Positions 12,004 to 24,385 of a stretch of DNA of 64,000 nucleotides are shown in pieces. Numbering within the stretch: the first letter of the stretch is position 1; the number at the start of each line of letters is the position of its first letter. Position numbers and translations under genes: made by a program. The stretch spans positions 6,944,001 through 7,008,000 of the forward strand of contig NC_043002.1 in the NCBI RefSeq assembly GCF_006345805.1, in the 5' to 3' direction. The notes below the pieces were generated by a model, which worked only from the letters and a program-made list of their open reading frames with translations, made no database searches and was not told the DNA's origin. The stretch is from Octopus sinensis. Its lineage: Eukaryota.

Positions 12004-12934
12004 TACTAATAGTAATATTTGTAATTTAATAATATTTGAATCAAACCCCTTGAATATTCCCGTCAGATCCTTTCTGAATCATTGGTAATGTAGCTTCTCA
12101 TTACATGTGAGACAACTAGATCATCATCTCTAAGATGTAGGGAGAGATTCAAGAATAATCAGACTTCCTCGGTCGGCCATCTCCACCCAGACATAGCATC
12201 TCACAAAGGTATCGACAGTGAGTCTTTCACATTTTGCTCTGATAGGAATTGTTATCCTATAATCATAACCCCCTAGCGTCCATTGCTATGCTGATACCTA
12301 GCTTACTGATTGTAACAACTGGATCCCGAAGCCCGAAACTTCAGTGGGAATTTAGATATGGACGATTTCAAATCTTCACTAAATATAATTTATGAACTTA
12401 CAGATAGCTTTGTACTTGATTTCGTTTTTGGATTTGGTTTGCAAGATTCTTTATGTGAGTTCGTGTGTTGAAGCATATTCTATTGTGTCTGGGGAGAGTC
12501 ATTTTCTTTTTGTACCTTATAATATAACACACTCACTGGTAAAATTTCCACTTTTTTTTCTTATTTTGAGGAGAAGGTTGCAAGATGCAACGAAAATTTT
12601 AGGAAAATGAAAATTTAAAAAATGGAAATTTTACCGGTGAATGTGTTATATTATTTGTACTTGATGTGTATAAACTTGATTGCGCCGGAAATGCAAATCC
12701 ATTGATCTAGCCCCGTAGAATTATTTGGTATAACAAATTGAGTCAGACAGAGCTGCATCCTAGATTTCTTACTCTTTGACATCATATTTTCAATAGTGCT
12801 TCCAATGCTTTCAACTGTACCAACTCAGATATCCATGAGATTCACCGTACTAATGGTCAGCTATACACAATTCCTTCCTTCAGGTCGTCACAGAAGTGAA
12901 AAAGGCAGATCTGTTGAGTTTATTCTTCACTTAC

Positions 12935-13033
12935 GGCTGCTCTCGCAGCGATAGTATTTAACTGGATAAGAAGCATTAAATGGGCCGACACTCAAAAGCC
13001 CGGGACAGCTTTTGTCTCACATATACGAAAGAA
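12935..13033 (-). other. Candidate 99-bp exon (strong acceptor and donor, stop codon in all three frames)
   Basis: TCTTCGTCTTCTTTACGCTTCAG| ... GCC|GTAAGT. Could be a terminal-coding or UTR exon, or chance. Confidence 0.2.
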
Positions 13034-13164
13034 CTGAAGCGTAAAGAAGACGAAGATTGAACCAAATAAACAAACACACATATGAATGTATATATGTTAT
13101 ATATGTGCATATACACACACACATTCGTACACACACACACACGTGTGTGTATGTTTGTGTGTGA

Positions 13165-13581
13165 ATTTTTTATTTCTTTATTACCCACAAGGGGCTAAAC
13201 ATAGAAGGGACAAACAAGGACAAAGGGATTAAGTCGATTACATCGACCCCAGTGCGTAACTGGTACTTAATTTATCGACCCTGAAAGGATGAAAAGCAAA
13301 GTCAACCTCGACAGAATTTGAACTCAGAACGTAAAGACTGACGAAATACCTATTTCTTTACTATCCACAAGGGGCTACACACAGAGAGGACAAACAAGAA
13401 CAGACAAACGGATTAAGTAGATTAAATCGACCCCAGTGCGTAACTGGTACTTAATTTATCGACCCGAAAGGATGAAAGGCAAAGTCGACCTCGGCGGAAT
13501 TTGAACTCAGAACGTAACGGCGGACGAAATACCGCTAAGCATTACGCCTTGCGCGCTAACGTTTCTGCCAGCTCGCCGCCT
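13165..13581 (-). mobile_element. SINE family A head-to-tail dimer
   Basis: Full unit plus a headless second unit joined at 13349/13350. The whole dimer is flanked by GTGTGTGAATTT repeats. Confidence 0.9.
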
Positions 13582-13961
13582 GTGTGTGAATTTCTGTTAG
13601 CCAACTTGTCTGTATATATAAGCGTGCTATAGTTTTTGCCTGGTTTGTGAACATGAATACTGAAAAGTAATGCTGCGAGATGATTTAATCTATAGTATCA
13701 AGTTTATATTTTTAAATTCATCTTAACCGTTATAGTTTATTTCCTTATGTATGAAATTACTTTAGGTCAATAAATTATGATTTAAGAGTCATATGTTCAC
13801 AACTAAACTAGTTTCATATGGCACCGTTTATTTAGATTCTCAAATTTGTCCACAAGCCCAATAATGCTCACAACGACTGTAGTATAGTGCTAACCGCAAT
13901 ATGTAGGATTCTATGTATATATGTAATTTGTCTGTCAAACACAAACGTTTGTTCCACTTAC

Positions 13962-14240
13962 AGATGCATAATGCAACTAAAGAACAGATAAAGGCGACGA
14001 ACGAAAATGGGTGAGGTTAAAAAGTGTGTCCCTCCAATAACTGAATCCTTCTGTAACTTGATACCAGTTATCTTAGAATGGAGAATTGGTGAGACACTAA
14101 AGGAGTCTTTATCTATCTTTATAAAATATTTCTTGAGCAATGATAATTGAAAAGCGGCTTCCTGAGATTGTGAACATTCAGAGACGATTTCAGCTAAAAT
14201 CACAATTTTTGTGTCATTTAAATTCCTCCCAATATATTCC
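13962..14240 (-). CDS. Candidate internal coding exon of an unidentified host gene
   Basis: 279 bp (phase 2-2) with a single open frame EYIGRNLNDTKIVILAEIVSEC...VRRLYLFFSCIMH in AT-rich unique DNA. It ends exactly at CT|GTAAGT, with the in-frame stop inside the donor. The acceptor is TTTTACAAG| (AAG, less common). No family recognised. Confidence 0.4.
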
Positions 14241-14509
14241 CTTGTAAAAGTTCATAAAAGTTAATAAAAGTTAATAAATGTTCCCTGTTAAAGTTAATAT
14301 ATGTCAACTCTACTAAAATATATTGAGCATTCCTTCACTTTTACTGATTTTATATATAACTTGAAATGAAAAGAAACATTAATATGTATGTATGCTTGTA
14401 TGTATGTAGTACGTACGTATATATGTATGTCTGTATGTATATATCAGAGGACAAAACAGCATTGGAAACAAATAGGCTAAATGATGTGTTGTAGTTTATT
14501 CCCAGTTCA

Positions 14510-15453
14510 TCCTAGAAGAAAAGCGTTACAACTCCGTAGTGGTGATGAGAGCCTTGAAGATGAAGAAGGTAGAGGACGGTCATACAGTCTTAACAATGAA
14601 CAATTAAAAGCAATTGTTGAACAAAACCCATGTCAAAGTGTCAGAGAAATGTCTCAGGCATTTAGCGTCGGTATTGCAACAGTCTCACACAATCTGCAGA
14701 AGAATGGTAAGATGAAAAAGCTTGATAAATGGGTACCGCATGAGCTCAAAGAAAATCAAAAACTTCGGCGCTTTGAAGTGTACTGCGAAACAGCAATGAT
14801 CCTTTTCTTGACCGAATAGTCACATGTGACGAAAAGTGGATCCTTTATGATAACCGTAAACGACCAGGTCAATGGCTTGAACATGATAAGTCCCCCAAAC
14901 ATTTTCCAAAGCCAAAGTTGCATCACAAAAGATTATGGTGACTGTCTGGTGGTCTGCAATTGGTGATGTGCATTACAGCTTTCTGAAAACCAATCAGAGC
15001 ATTAGAGCAGAGGTTTACTGCAATTAACTCATGAAAATGCATACTCACTTGCAAAACATGGGACCTGCATTGGTGAATCGGCGTGGCCCAATTCTGCTCC
15101 AGATGTTGCAAGAATGACACTGCAGAAACTCACAGACTTGGGATACGAGACTTTACCACATCCTCCCTATTTTACTACTGATCTTTCACCAATTGACTCC
15201 CATTTTTTAAGCATTTAAACACGTTTTTAAGTGATAAAACTTCCAGGTCCAAACCAGAGGTGGAATCAGCTTTCTTAGCATAAAAAACCAATAAGTATTT
15301 ATCAACGAGGCATAAACAATTTCGTTGATCGATGGCAGAGATGCATAGTTGTTCAGGGTTCATACTTTGATTAGTCAAAACATTTCTATTGTTACCTTTT
15401 TCCAAGATAAAATTATGTTTCTGAAATCGGCCATTATTTTCGGAACAACATAA
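14510..15453 (+). mobile_element. Mariner (DD34D, SETMAR/Hsmar-like) remnant lacking the left end
   Basis: LRSGDESLEDEEGRGR...KKLDKWVPHELKENQ, then VTCDEKWILYDN and PHPPYxTDLSP-like motifs. Right TIR AAATCGGCCATTATTTTCGGAACAACATAA followed by TA at 15454. Confidence 0.9.
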
Positions 15454-15529
15454 TATTTACAAAATATGTGTGTGTGAGTGTGTACACGAGTGTGTTTATG
15501 TGTGTTTGTTTGCTTGTTTGTGTGATGTG

Positions 15530-15580
<51 letters not shown>

Positions 15581-16770
15581 ATTAATAATAAGAGAAGATT
15601 GATTGAATGAATATGTTTTATGACATATCACTGCAATTGTTTCAACACACCCCTATCAGCTGCTTATAGCTGTGTAGCATATATTATAAATATTATACTG
15701 TGTTGATGAATATCATTTCGTCAGATAAATATAGTAAAATGCTCTGAATGAGAAACAAAGGATCTAATAGTGTATGTATTTTCTGAATGTTCGTTTTGGA
15801 ATAAGTTCTTTATTTTATAAGTACTATTTTGTAACTCTAAGTTAAAACTATTCGTTTCTTTTTATGTGGCTACTTGTAATAAGCTAGTGGATTCCTAGAC
15901 ATCGCTTATATTTTAACGCTGTCGATACCGCCAGATTAAATGGTACTGCCCAGGGCTGTCGAAAACTTAATGACAACCGTTTGGCAGCTGATGATAGGAA
16001 TACACATATGTTAAACTTAATTATGAATGTCTTATATCTAAATCTCTTTATTCTTTTTTGTCGTTCATTCTCGTAAAAATGGAAAGCATTTGGGGGTTCA
16101 TAATTTCAGGGGATCGCTTGCATTATTATTGTTTGTTTCTTTTCATTGGTAATCTACTTAGGCTTAGATAATGCTTAGATATTGGTGCCTAGTTTAGGGA
16201 GATTCTGTGACATGTGTGTGTCTGTACGCGCGCACAGACACACATACACACATACAAATTCAAATGCGAGAGCGCATATATTACTAACTATGCCATCGGA
16301 TGAGCAACAACGCGTATGGTAGCTGATGACGGTCTTGTGAAGCCAGAGACTACTTCTAGCGCATTTGTCCACATTCATTCACCAAAGAACCGTCACCAAC
16401 GTCAAGTGGGTGGTAAGTCTAGACTAGATGTCTACAGTAACATTCTTTGCCTGTCATACGCATTATGAATTCATAACCACAGGACATTGGTGAAATATAT
16501 TTTTTTAAATCTTCACTAATGAACAAAGTACGCAAAGAATTTATTTTCAGTGGTGTACGTTTGTGCAGAATCTACGACATTCTGACATCCGAATGTGTCA
16601 CCTAAACTGGTGTACACGTGCCAGACACAAACGGTCACATGCTTAGGAAGGCAGGAATGTAAACCCAAGTCCTCCAGCAGCTACGGTGCTCGGCTGAATC
16701 CGGATTATAGCTTCATCAGCTTCATTAGTAACGAGTATCCAATGCATGCATATATATATATATATATATA

Positions 16771-17072
16771 GGAGGGGGGCGCAATGGCCCAGTGATTAGG
16801 GCAGCGGACTCGCGGTCGTAGGATCGTGGTTTCGATTCCCAGACCGAGCGTTGTGAGTGTTTATTGGGCGAAAACACCTAAAGCTCCACGACGCTCCGGC
16901 AGGGAATGGTGGCGGTCTCTGCTGTACTCTTTCGCTACAACTTTCTCTCACTCTATCTTCTGTTGGTCTGCTCGCTTAGCCAGCAGGGTGGCGTCATTTG
17001 AAGGCTAAAACAATGCGAAGCGCATTGTGTCAAGCGATGTGTTGCAACATCTGATAGTCTGGTTGGTCACGG
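16771..17072 (+). mobile_element. tRNA-derived SINE, family D
   Basis: GGCGCAATGGCCCAGTGATTAGGGCAGCGGACTCGCGG...GGTTTCGATTCCC (A and B boxes). Confidence 0.9.
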
Positions 17073-17747
17073 ATATATATATACATGTATGTATGTATGT
17101 ATGTATATGTATAGGTATGTGTAAATCCATTCATACATACATACATGTATACATACATACAGACGTACGTACATACTGTGTACAGTTTTTGAAATTAGCT
17201 TCCCAACAGATATTAACAAAGCTAAAGATCAGTGAAAAAGAGAATACCTATGCTGAACTATTGAGAAATCTGTAGTTATTCTATCCAGATTACAAGTTCA
17301 GGTTTTAATAACTGTAATTATTGTGGCACTGGGATATGTAACACACGACCTAAATACCAATCTTGAGAAATTAGGCTTCTCAAAACCAGAAAGGAGAATG
17401 CTGATTCGAAGACTACAGATCCAATCCATTACTGGAACTGTAAAAGTACGTAAAACTTTCCAAACGTTTGTCATCTAAGTATATATGAGTATGTATAGTT
17501 ATGCAACTATATCCATGGGAATACATACATAAAACAAAACATGCGAATCTGTACGTATACATACATACACAAATCCCTTGTTGATGTTGAAATTCTAATG
17601 AAGGGGCCTTGAATCTCGGTTAGAAACCGGCTCTTTCTATATTGACAAGAAATCTTGGAATAAAGCTGAATAATGACATACATATACATACATAAATATA
17701 TGCATATATATACATACATACACAACACACACACACACACACACACA

Positions 17748-17793
<46 letters not shown>

Positions 17794-17987
17794 CCTTGTT
17801 TCTTTTCTGTGTATCTTTCTGTTAAAGAGCGTAGACTCGAAACGTAAGACTTGTTCTATTTCTATTCCTGACCGCCATACTAATACATTTGTTTGTTTGT
17901 ACTCCACCTGCCTTCGTCTTTTGTTTATTTTCGTAAACCTTCCCGTTATATATATATATATATAGATAGATAGATAGATAGAAAGAT

Positions 17988-18060
<73 letters not shown>

Positions 18061-18179
18061 TAAACAAACGTATACATACATACACACACATATATGTCAG
18101 TGCTTTATGTTTTGATATGATTCTGGTTAAGTTTTCGGTAACATCTTGGAAATTTAGGACTTTAAGATTAGCAGAAGAC

Positions 18180-18660
18180 TATAGAAAGAGAAAAAACGGC
18201 ATCTGATTACGTCTGGAATTTGAATGGTCATACTACTGATCTTAATGGTTGGACTTCAGTGAAAAGAAACTCTCGGGAGAGCTGAACAGCAGAAGGACTT
18301 CGAAGAGGAAGCTTCCCTTGAAACAAGTGTATCGGCCCTTAACTTCTTACATACCAAGGGTGCCGGGCTGGATCCAGATCATGATTCTTGGGTGCATTTC
18401 TGCTGACAGTTTTCATCCACTTGCATATCGGAGACTTTGTGCATTGAAACCGTATGGAGATTTTATTGATAAGATCCTCCCCTTTGCCTCTGGTTTCAAA
18501 CTTATATTTAGAAGTAACTTTGGTGGTTATGGCAGCGGTGAAACATCAACAGTGACAATACTGTCACGAAAACGACTGACTCGGAGTTATTTCTGCGGGG
18601 AAAGTACAGATGATTATCTCGTCATTAATTAATTTCTCTCAGTCAGCTATACCGTTTGAA
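18180..18660 (+). mobile_element. Possible L1/Tx1 ORF2 C-terminal remnant (includes the 127-aa ORF at 18249-18632)
   Basis: Weak resemblance of GDFIDKILPFASGFKLIF and neighbouring frames to Tx1 C-terminal sequence, from memory. No start codon or splice support. Confidence 0.3.
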
Positions 18661-19098
18661 ATACTTTATATTTATGTACATATTCTTTCCTTCATATTCC
18701 CAACATACTCCCAAACTAGTTATATATATGTATATATATATATATATAATATATTAATAAATAAAATAAAACATAAGCATATATATAAACATATATGTAC
18801 GTACCTACCTCTATATGTACATATACACGCATATATGAGTACAGGACACCAAAAAGACGTCGAACACAATGAGAAGCGGAAACATAGACACAAGCCAAAG
18901 GAACTGGACATTTATTTAAAAACAGCAACAAAAAAAAAGAGTACAGGACAATTAACACAAAGAAAAAACCCCTTCTTCGGTCGCTAAAGGTTTCATCTAC
19001 TCTACGTTTCGAAGAATAAAAGCGAGACATATCTTCGACAAGAAAACTTTCCTTCCTGCGAAAAGCAAATCAATTAAAATTCTGAGATCTTTTCGCAG

Positions 19099-19104
<6 letters not shown>

Positions 19105-19158
<54 letters not shown>

Positions 19159-19227
19159 CATACATACATTTATATATACATACATACATACTTTATATAT
19201 ACATACATACATACATACATACATATA

Positions 19228-19258
<31 letters not shown>

Positions 19259-19350
19259 ATATATATTATATATATATATATACATACATACATTTATATA
19301 TACATACATACATACATACATACATTTATACATACATACATACATACATA

Positions 19351-19383
<33 letters not shown>

Positions 19384-19584
19384 CATATATTTATATATAT
19401 ATATATACTATATATATATATATATAATACATACATTTATACATACATACTACATACATACATACATATATATATATAATATATTATATATATATATATA
19501 CATACATACATTTATATATACATACATACATACATACATAATACATACATACATACATACATACATACATCATACATACATACA

Positions 19585-19661
<77 letters not shown>

Positions 19662-19690
19662 ATAATATATATATATATATATACATATTC
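19105..19690. repeat. (TA)n/(TACA)n compound microsatellite
   Basis: Read directly. Confidence 0.95.
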
Positions 19691-20124
19691 TTCATTTGGG
19701 GCATATATATTTCTAATTTAACTAACTTACATGGTTTTCTATGTACCGAACACCGCAATCTCGCTTTTCGTAATGGTTATGTGTCACAAGTTATGCCAAT
19801 AATATCATTTTAAGCGAACTGCAACATTTCCCTTTTGGAAACGATTTCGTCTTCCATCTGAGAAATCCATAATTTTTAACTGGATGTGAAATTTACTGCA
19901 ACTATTTTTTTGTCTTTAATGGAATTTAACTTACTAGTTAAACTTCATTCTATACTTTTATTATGTTTTCAGTTCTTCTTCTTCTAAGATCTATTATAAG
20001 ATACACACATACACACACGCACGCACACACACGCACACACACATATACATAAATAGGTAGATACATTCATACATATTCATACATCAGTTTCTATTTTATG
20101 TATGGATATACATACATACATGTA

Positions 20125-20560
20125 TACATGTGTATATATGTATAAATACGTATGTTTGTGTGTGGGTGTATGTATAATAATATATATGCACATAGCCACA
20201 CATACAAACATATTCATTCACACATGTATACGTGTGTATATATGTATAAATATGAATGTTTGTTGTTGGGTGTATGTATAATAATATATATGCATATAGC
20301 CACAAATACAAGCATATTCACTCGAAGTACATACACACATGTATACATGTGTATATATGTATAAATATGTATATTTGTGGTTGGGTGTATGTATAATAAT
20401 ATATATGCATATAGCCACACATACAAACACATTCATTCAATGTGTATATATGTATAAATGCGTATGTTTGTGTTTGGATGTACGTATAATAATATATATG
20501 CATATAGCCATACATACAAATATATTCATTCAAAGTACATACACACATGTATACATACAT
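20125..20560. repeat. Minisatellite, four units of about 90-115 bp
   Basis: Repeating unit TGTATATATGTATAAAT...GGGTGTATGTATAATAATATATATGCATATAGCCACACATACAAACATATTCATTCA. Confidence 0.85.
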
Positions 20561-20799
20561 GAACAGTATATATACCCATTTGTCTTAGCGCCTGTCAGCA
20601 CTGTGAGATAATGATCGACAGAATGAAAATCTGGATAATACATCTTTTTTTCTTTTCTTGCTTTATTTCATAATCCCCTTGTTTTTGTTGTCGTCATCGT
20701 CGCTGTTGCTATGGTTTTGTTCGTGTTCTTGTTGCTGATGGGGGATGTGAGAATCAAAGAAGCAGCAACGAAAGCGGAGGAGAAAGACGAAGAAAAAGA

Positions 20800-20800
20800 C

Positions 20801-20831
<31 letters not shown>

Positions 20832-20868
20832 GTGATGGTGATGATGATGATGATGATGATGGTGATGG

Positions 20869-20899
<31 letters not shown>

Positions 20900-20925
20900 G
20901 ATGGTGGTGGTGATGATGATGGTAG

Positions 20926-20960
<35 letters not shown>

Positions 20961-20976
20961 GTAATGATGATGATGG

Positions 20977-21007
<31 letters not shown>

Positions 21008-21055
21008 GATGATAATGGTGATGATGACAATTTTGATGACGACGATGCCGATGAT
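20800..21055. repeat. (GAT)n with interspersed GGT
   Basis: Read directly; gives the poly-D/M/S/H ORFs. Confidence 0.95.
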
Positions 21056-21585
21056 GTTGGTAGCGGCGTAGTGTTGGAGGCGCTAGGGGTAGTAACGGCG
21101 TTGTTGTTGCTGTTGTTGTTGTTGTTGTTGTTGCCACGGATGGTTATGGTGTTGATGTTGTGGTAACGATGCTGATGATGAGAATGGCGGTTATTGTTGT
21201 CTCTCTGTCGATGCTACTTTTGAATGTTGAATGAAGCTGTCACGTGTACCTCTAAAGTTACATCCGTGTGAAGTTATTGCCGTTTATTCTCGAGTGCCAG
21301 TTCTCTCTCTATATGTGCATGTAGGTACTCAGACAGACAGACAGACAGAAAGACACATACACACACACACATATACACAAAAACACACATGTGAGAACAC
21401 GCGCACCAACATAGATTTCTACGCGTATATATATTTATGTATGTATAGACATACAAATATGGATTTGTACGTGTGTGTTTATGTAAAAAATCGTGTGTGT
21501 AAGAGTGTGTGTGCGTGTGAGTATAGTGTATATATATATATATATCTATATATATATATATATTATATATATATATATATAATAA

Positions 21586-22086
21586 AATATTAGGGAATAA
21601 ATCCAAACTTACAGGGAAAAATCAGATTTAGGATTAAATCCAATTTTATAGTAAAATATTATATTATTATATTAAACTAGAGATAAAACCACTATTAGGC
21701 AAATCAAACATTATCTTATATTAAACTTTTAATACTTTTGTATATTTAAAATAATATAAATTAATTAATTTTATGTATTGGCTTAAGTTTTTCATTGTTT
21801 GATTTGCCTAATAGTGGTTTTATCTCTAATTTAATATAATATATATATATATTGACACTGAATTATTGGAAGTCCACCTGAAGATTGTCGATCAAGACAA
21901 GAAACGATTGTAGTGGCGGTTTTTTTGACTATTTATTAAAATTTTATGTATTGATTAAGTCTTTCCTTGTTTGTTTTGCAAAATAGTGGTTTTGTCTCGA
22001 ATAATATTTTATAATATTTTACTATAAAATCGATTTAATCCTAAATCTGATTTTTTCCTGTAAATTTGGATTTATTCCCTAATATT
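21586..22086. repeat. Nested fold-back element (PLE terminal-repeat-like)
   Basis: Outer inverted arms 21586-21663 and 22010-22086; inner arms 21666-21710 and 21796-21840; flanked by (TA)n. Confidence 0.85.
21874..21916 (+). ncRNA. Minimal type I hammerhead ribozyme fold
   Basis: CCAC-CTGAAGA-TTGTC(GATCAA)GACAA-GAA-AC(GATT)GT-A-GTGG. Intact core; stems I/II/III of 4/5/2 bp. Confidence 0.75.
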
Positions 22087-22093
22087 TATTATT

Positions 22094-22131
<38 letters not shown>

Positions 22132-22356
22132 ATATATATATATAATATATATATATATAAATATACATATACACACACAGAGACACAAAGAAAGAAAGAA
22201 AGAAGAAAGAAAAAGAGAAAGAGAGAGAGAGAGGGAGAGAGAGGGAGAGATCAGTTGTAGGTTAACCGAGTACTGAAATTACATTATGTGGAAGCAATTC
22301 TTAATTTTTTTTTTTTGGTAGTATATTGTGTGTGCGTGTGCATGAGTGTATATATG

Positions 22357-22391
<35 letters not shown>

Positions 22392-22469
22392 ACATGGATG
22401 CGTGGCCTTCAATCAAATATTAATATAAATAATACATATATGCATATATACATACATACATACACACGC

Positions 22470-22513
<44 letters not shown>

Positions 22514-22523
22514 ATGCATATAT

Positions 22524-22922
22524 GGGTACAGGACATCACCAACAATACGAAAACAAGTGAGTTCAACACGCAAACAACGAGAGAAACAAATGGAAAACAG
22601 GACAAGTAACGTAAAGAACGACTCTTCATCAGTTGTCGGCTAATCTTCATCTGGAGCATTGAACTGGTTTCCTTGTATGTCTCCACTGTCCTGCTTTTGT
22701 TCCGAACTTTGACCCTCTATAAATCCCAAATTTTATTTTGGTACTGATGGGAGTAACTGTCTTCGAAGACTCATCTTGTCGTTCAGTGCTCGATATGAGG
22801 AGTAGATAGACAACCGACAACTGATGAAGGGTCATTCTTTATGTTACTTGTCCTGTTTTCCATTTGTTTCTCTCGTTGTTTACGTATTTCATGCTATTTA
22901 CTGTTGATGATGTCCTCTACCC
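22524..22922. repeat. Fold-back element
   Basis: 71-bp inverted arms 22569-22639 and 22814-22884, plus weaker outer arms GGGTACAGGACATCACCAACA / TGTTGATGATGTCCTCTACCC. Confidence 0.85.
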
Positions 22923-23164
22923 AAATTTGGGATTTTTTGCGGAGAATGAAAGTGGTAACAAGAACAGGACAGTGAGAACAGTGTATTTACATTTCCGTAA
23001 CATAGCGATTCAGCCAACCAGACCGATAGTACAAGTACCACGCTTTAAAAAACATAAGTAGTTGGGTTGACTGATTGAACTAAAAATTATTGAAGGCGGT
23101 GCCACAGCAGGGTCACAGTCTAATGGCCGAAACAAGTAAAAGACAAAAGAAGAAAAGCTAAAAG

Positions 23165-23590
23165 ATATATACAGGAAATTGTTCAACGGGACTTCAGTGA
23201 AACTACTATATAGCTGTTGCCCGAATATGAGAAGTATCATCACATACGGCCAACGATAGAAGAATGAATCCGTTTGTAACTGACGCGAACCAGAATCCTG
23301 TCTACTTGACAGACGATGCATGACTGAATCTATTGTATACGGGGCCGAAGTTGTTGCAACCCCAAACGACAATAATCTAAGCGATAAGAAGAAATTTGAT
23401 TGTTTGTGTTTTTCCGCGCCGGTTTATTTTCATTCCATTATTTAAACTGCTTAGTTCGGTAGAATAGTCCACGCCTGAAGAACGTACTTGGGTTTCCATG
23501 TACGTGAAACTATAAGTAGCGTGGTTTATGCATGTGAGGTGATCGCATAAAACAATAGTTTTACTCTCGCCAGATGGAGTATTCTTTTTG
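23165..23590 (+). mobile_element. Penelope-like element 3' remnant: linker/GIY-YIG-proximal fragment plus terminal repeat
   Basis: YRKLFNGTSVKLLYSCCPNMRSII...CN*REPESCLLDRRCMTESIVYGAEV matches PLE KIFNRNTVKISYSCMPN...CNCR...CPLxGxCL..SIVYxAxV. Followed by a hammerhead. Confidence 0.7.
23469..23524 (+). ncRNA. Minimal type I hammerhead ribozyme fold (best-formed copy)
   Basis: CCACGC-CTGAAGA-ACGTA(14 nt)TACGT-GAA-AC(TATAA)GT-A-GCGTGG. Stem I 6 bp, stem II 5 bp, GUA triplet. Confidence 0.8.
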
Positions 23591-23643
23591 TTCAACCTTA
23601 TTACACGGATCTATTTATTACAAATATATATATATATATATGT

Positions 23644-23890
23644 ATGTATAAAAATACAAACTGGGACAAGAACGCAAAACATTTAGAAGACGATACATAA
23701 AACACGGACGGGACATTCGAAGCCTTCAATCTTCAGTCAAGAACCGGATCATCCTCACAATTTCGGCTGATTAATCTTGAGGATGATCCGGTTCTTTACT
23801 GAAGATTGAAGGCTTCAAATGTCCCGTCCGTGTTTTTTGTATCATCTTCTAAATGTTTTGCGTTCTTGTCCAGTTTGTATTTTTATACAT
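23644..23890. repeat. Near-perfect long palindrome
   Basis: Arms 23644-23757 and 23778-23890, about 5 differences by eye, 20-nt loop. Confidence 0.95.
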
Positions 23891-23925
23891 ATATATATAT
23901 ATATAGCAGCGTACGTACCCTTTCT

Positions 23926-23993
<68 letters not shown>

Positions 23994-24129
23994 TATATAT
24001 GTATATATCTTTCTATATATATATACATATATACACACACACGCATATATATATATAAAATACATATACATGCATCTATAATAAAAACAAATAATACCTC
24101 GTGCTAACTACAAAGAGAATAAATAATCC

Positions 24130-24385
24130 GTAATAATTGGACGGCCGACAAGCTCGTTACTTGGGAACAAGTCAAATTACCCTTAATTATAGAATGAATA
24201 AAAATATTTGTCGTTTAAATCAACATCTAGACTTAACAAAATATAGACAGTGTGCACTACTAAAAGAATATTATCTAAATAATACTACATATAACAAGAC
24301 TCACATGTTGCAGAGAACTTAAAGGAAACCATACTCACGTCTTAACCCTATGTTCCCTAAGATCTGAAAGATCTATAGCTACAAA
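24130..24385 (+). mobile_element. Decayed PLE GIY-YIG fragment
   Basis: IGR...ARYLGT...QHLDL...C...LKETIL.RLNP resembles YIGRT...QHL...LEAxxI..xKPxL. Confidence 0.4.

Noticed and set aside
16771-16845. tRNA genes at SINE heads (also 24786, 45955, 53842, 56799)
   Set aside because: They have A and B boxes but no complete cloverleaf, and they continue into shared SINE bodies.
19735-19860. Minus-strand exon between TTTCTCAG and GTAAGT
   Set aside because: Stops in all three frames. The sequence resembles a mariner N-terminal scrap (RNRFQKGNVAV).
20668-21166. Poly-Asp, poly-His, poly-Ser and poly-Met ORFs
   Set aside because: All frames are open only because of the (GAT)n repeat. No unique coding context or splice support.
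22814-22850. CTGATGA hammerhead half-core (also 23790-23830 and 27983-28016)
   Set aside because: The GAAA half or the first core bases are missing or mutated, so no complete fold can be drawn.
21586-23890. CRISPR-like or regularly spaced repeat array
   Set aside because: The repeats are inverted arms of different families, not identical direct repeats with unique spacers. The context is eukaryotic.
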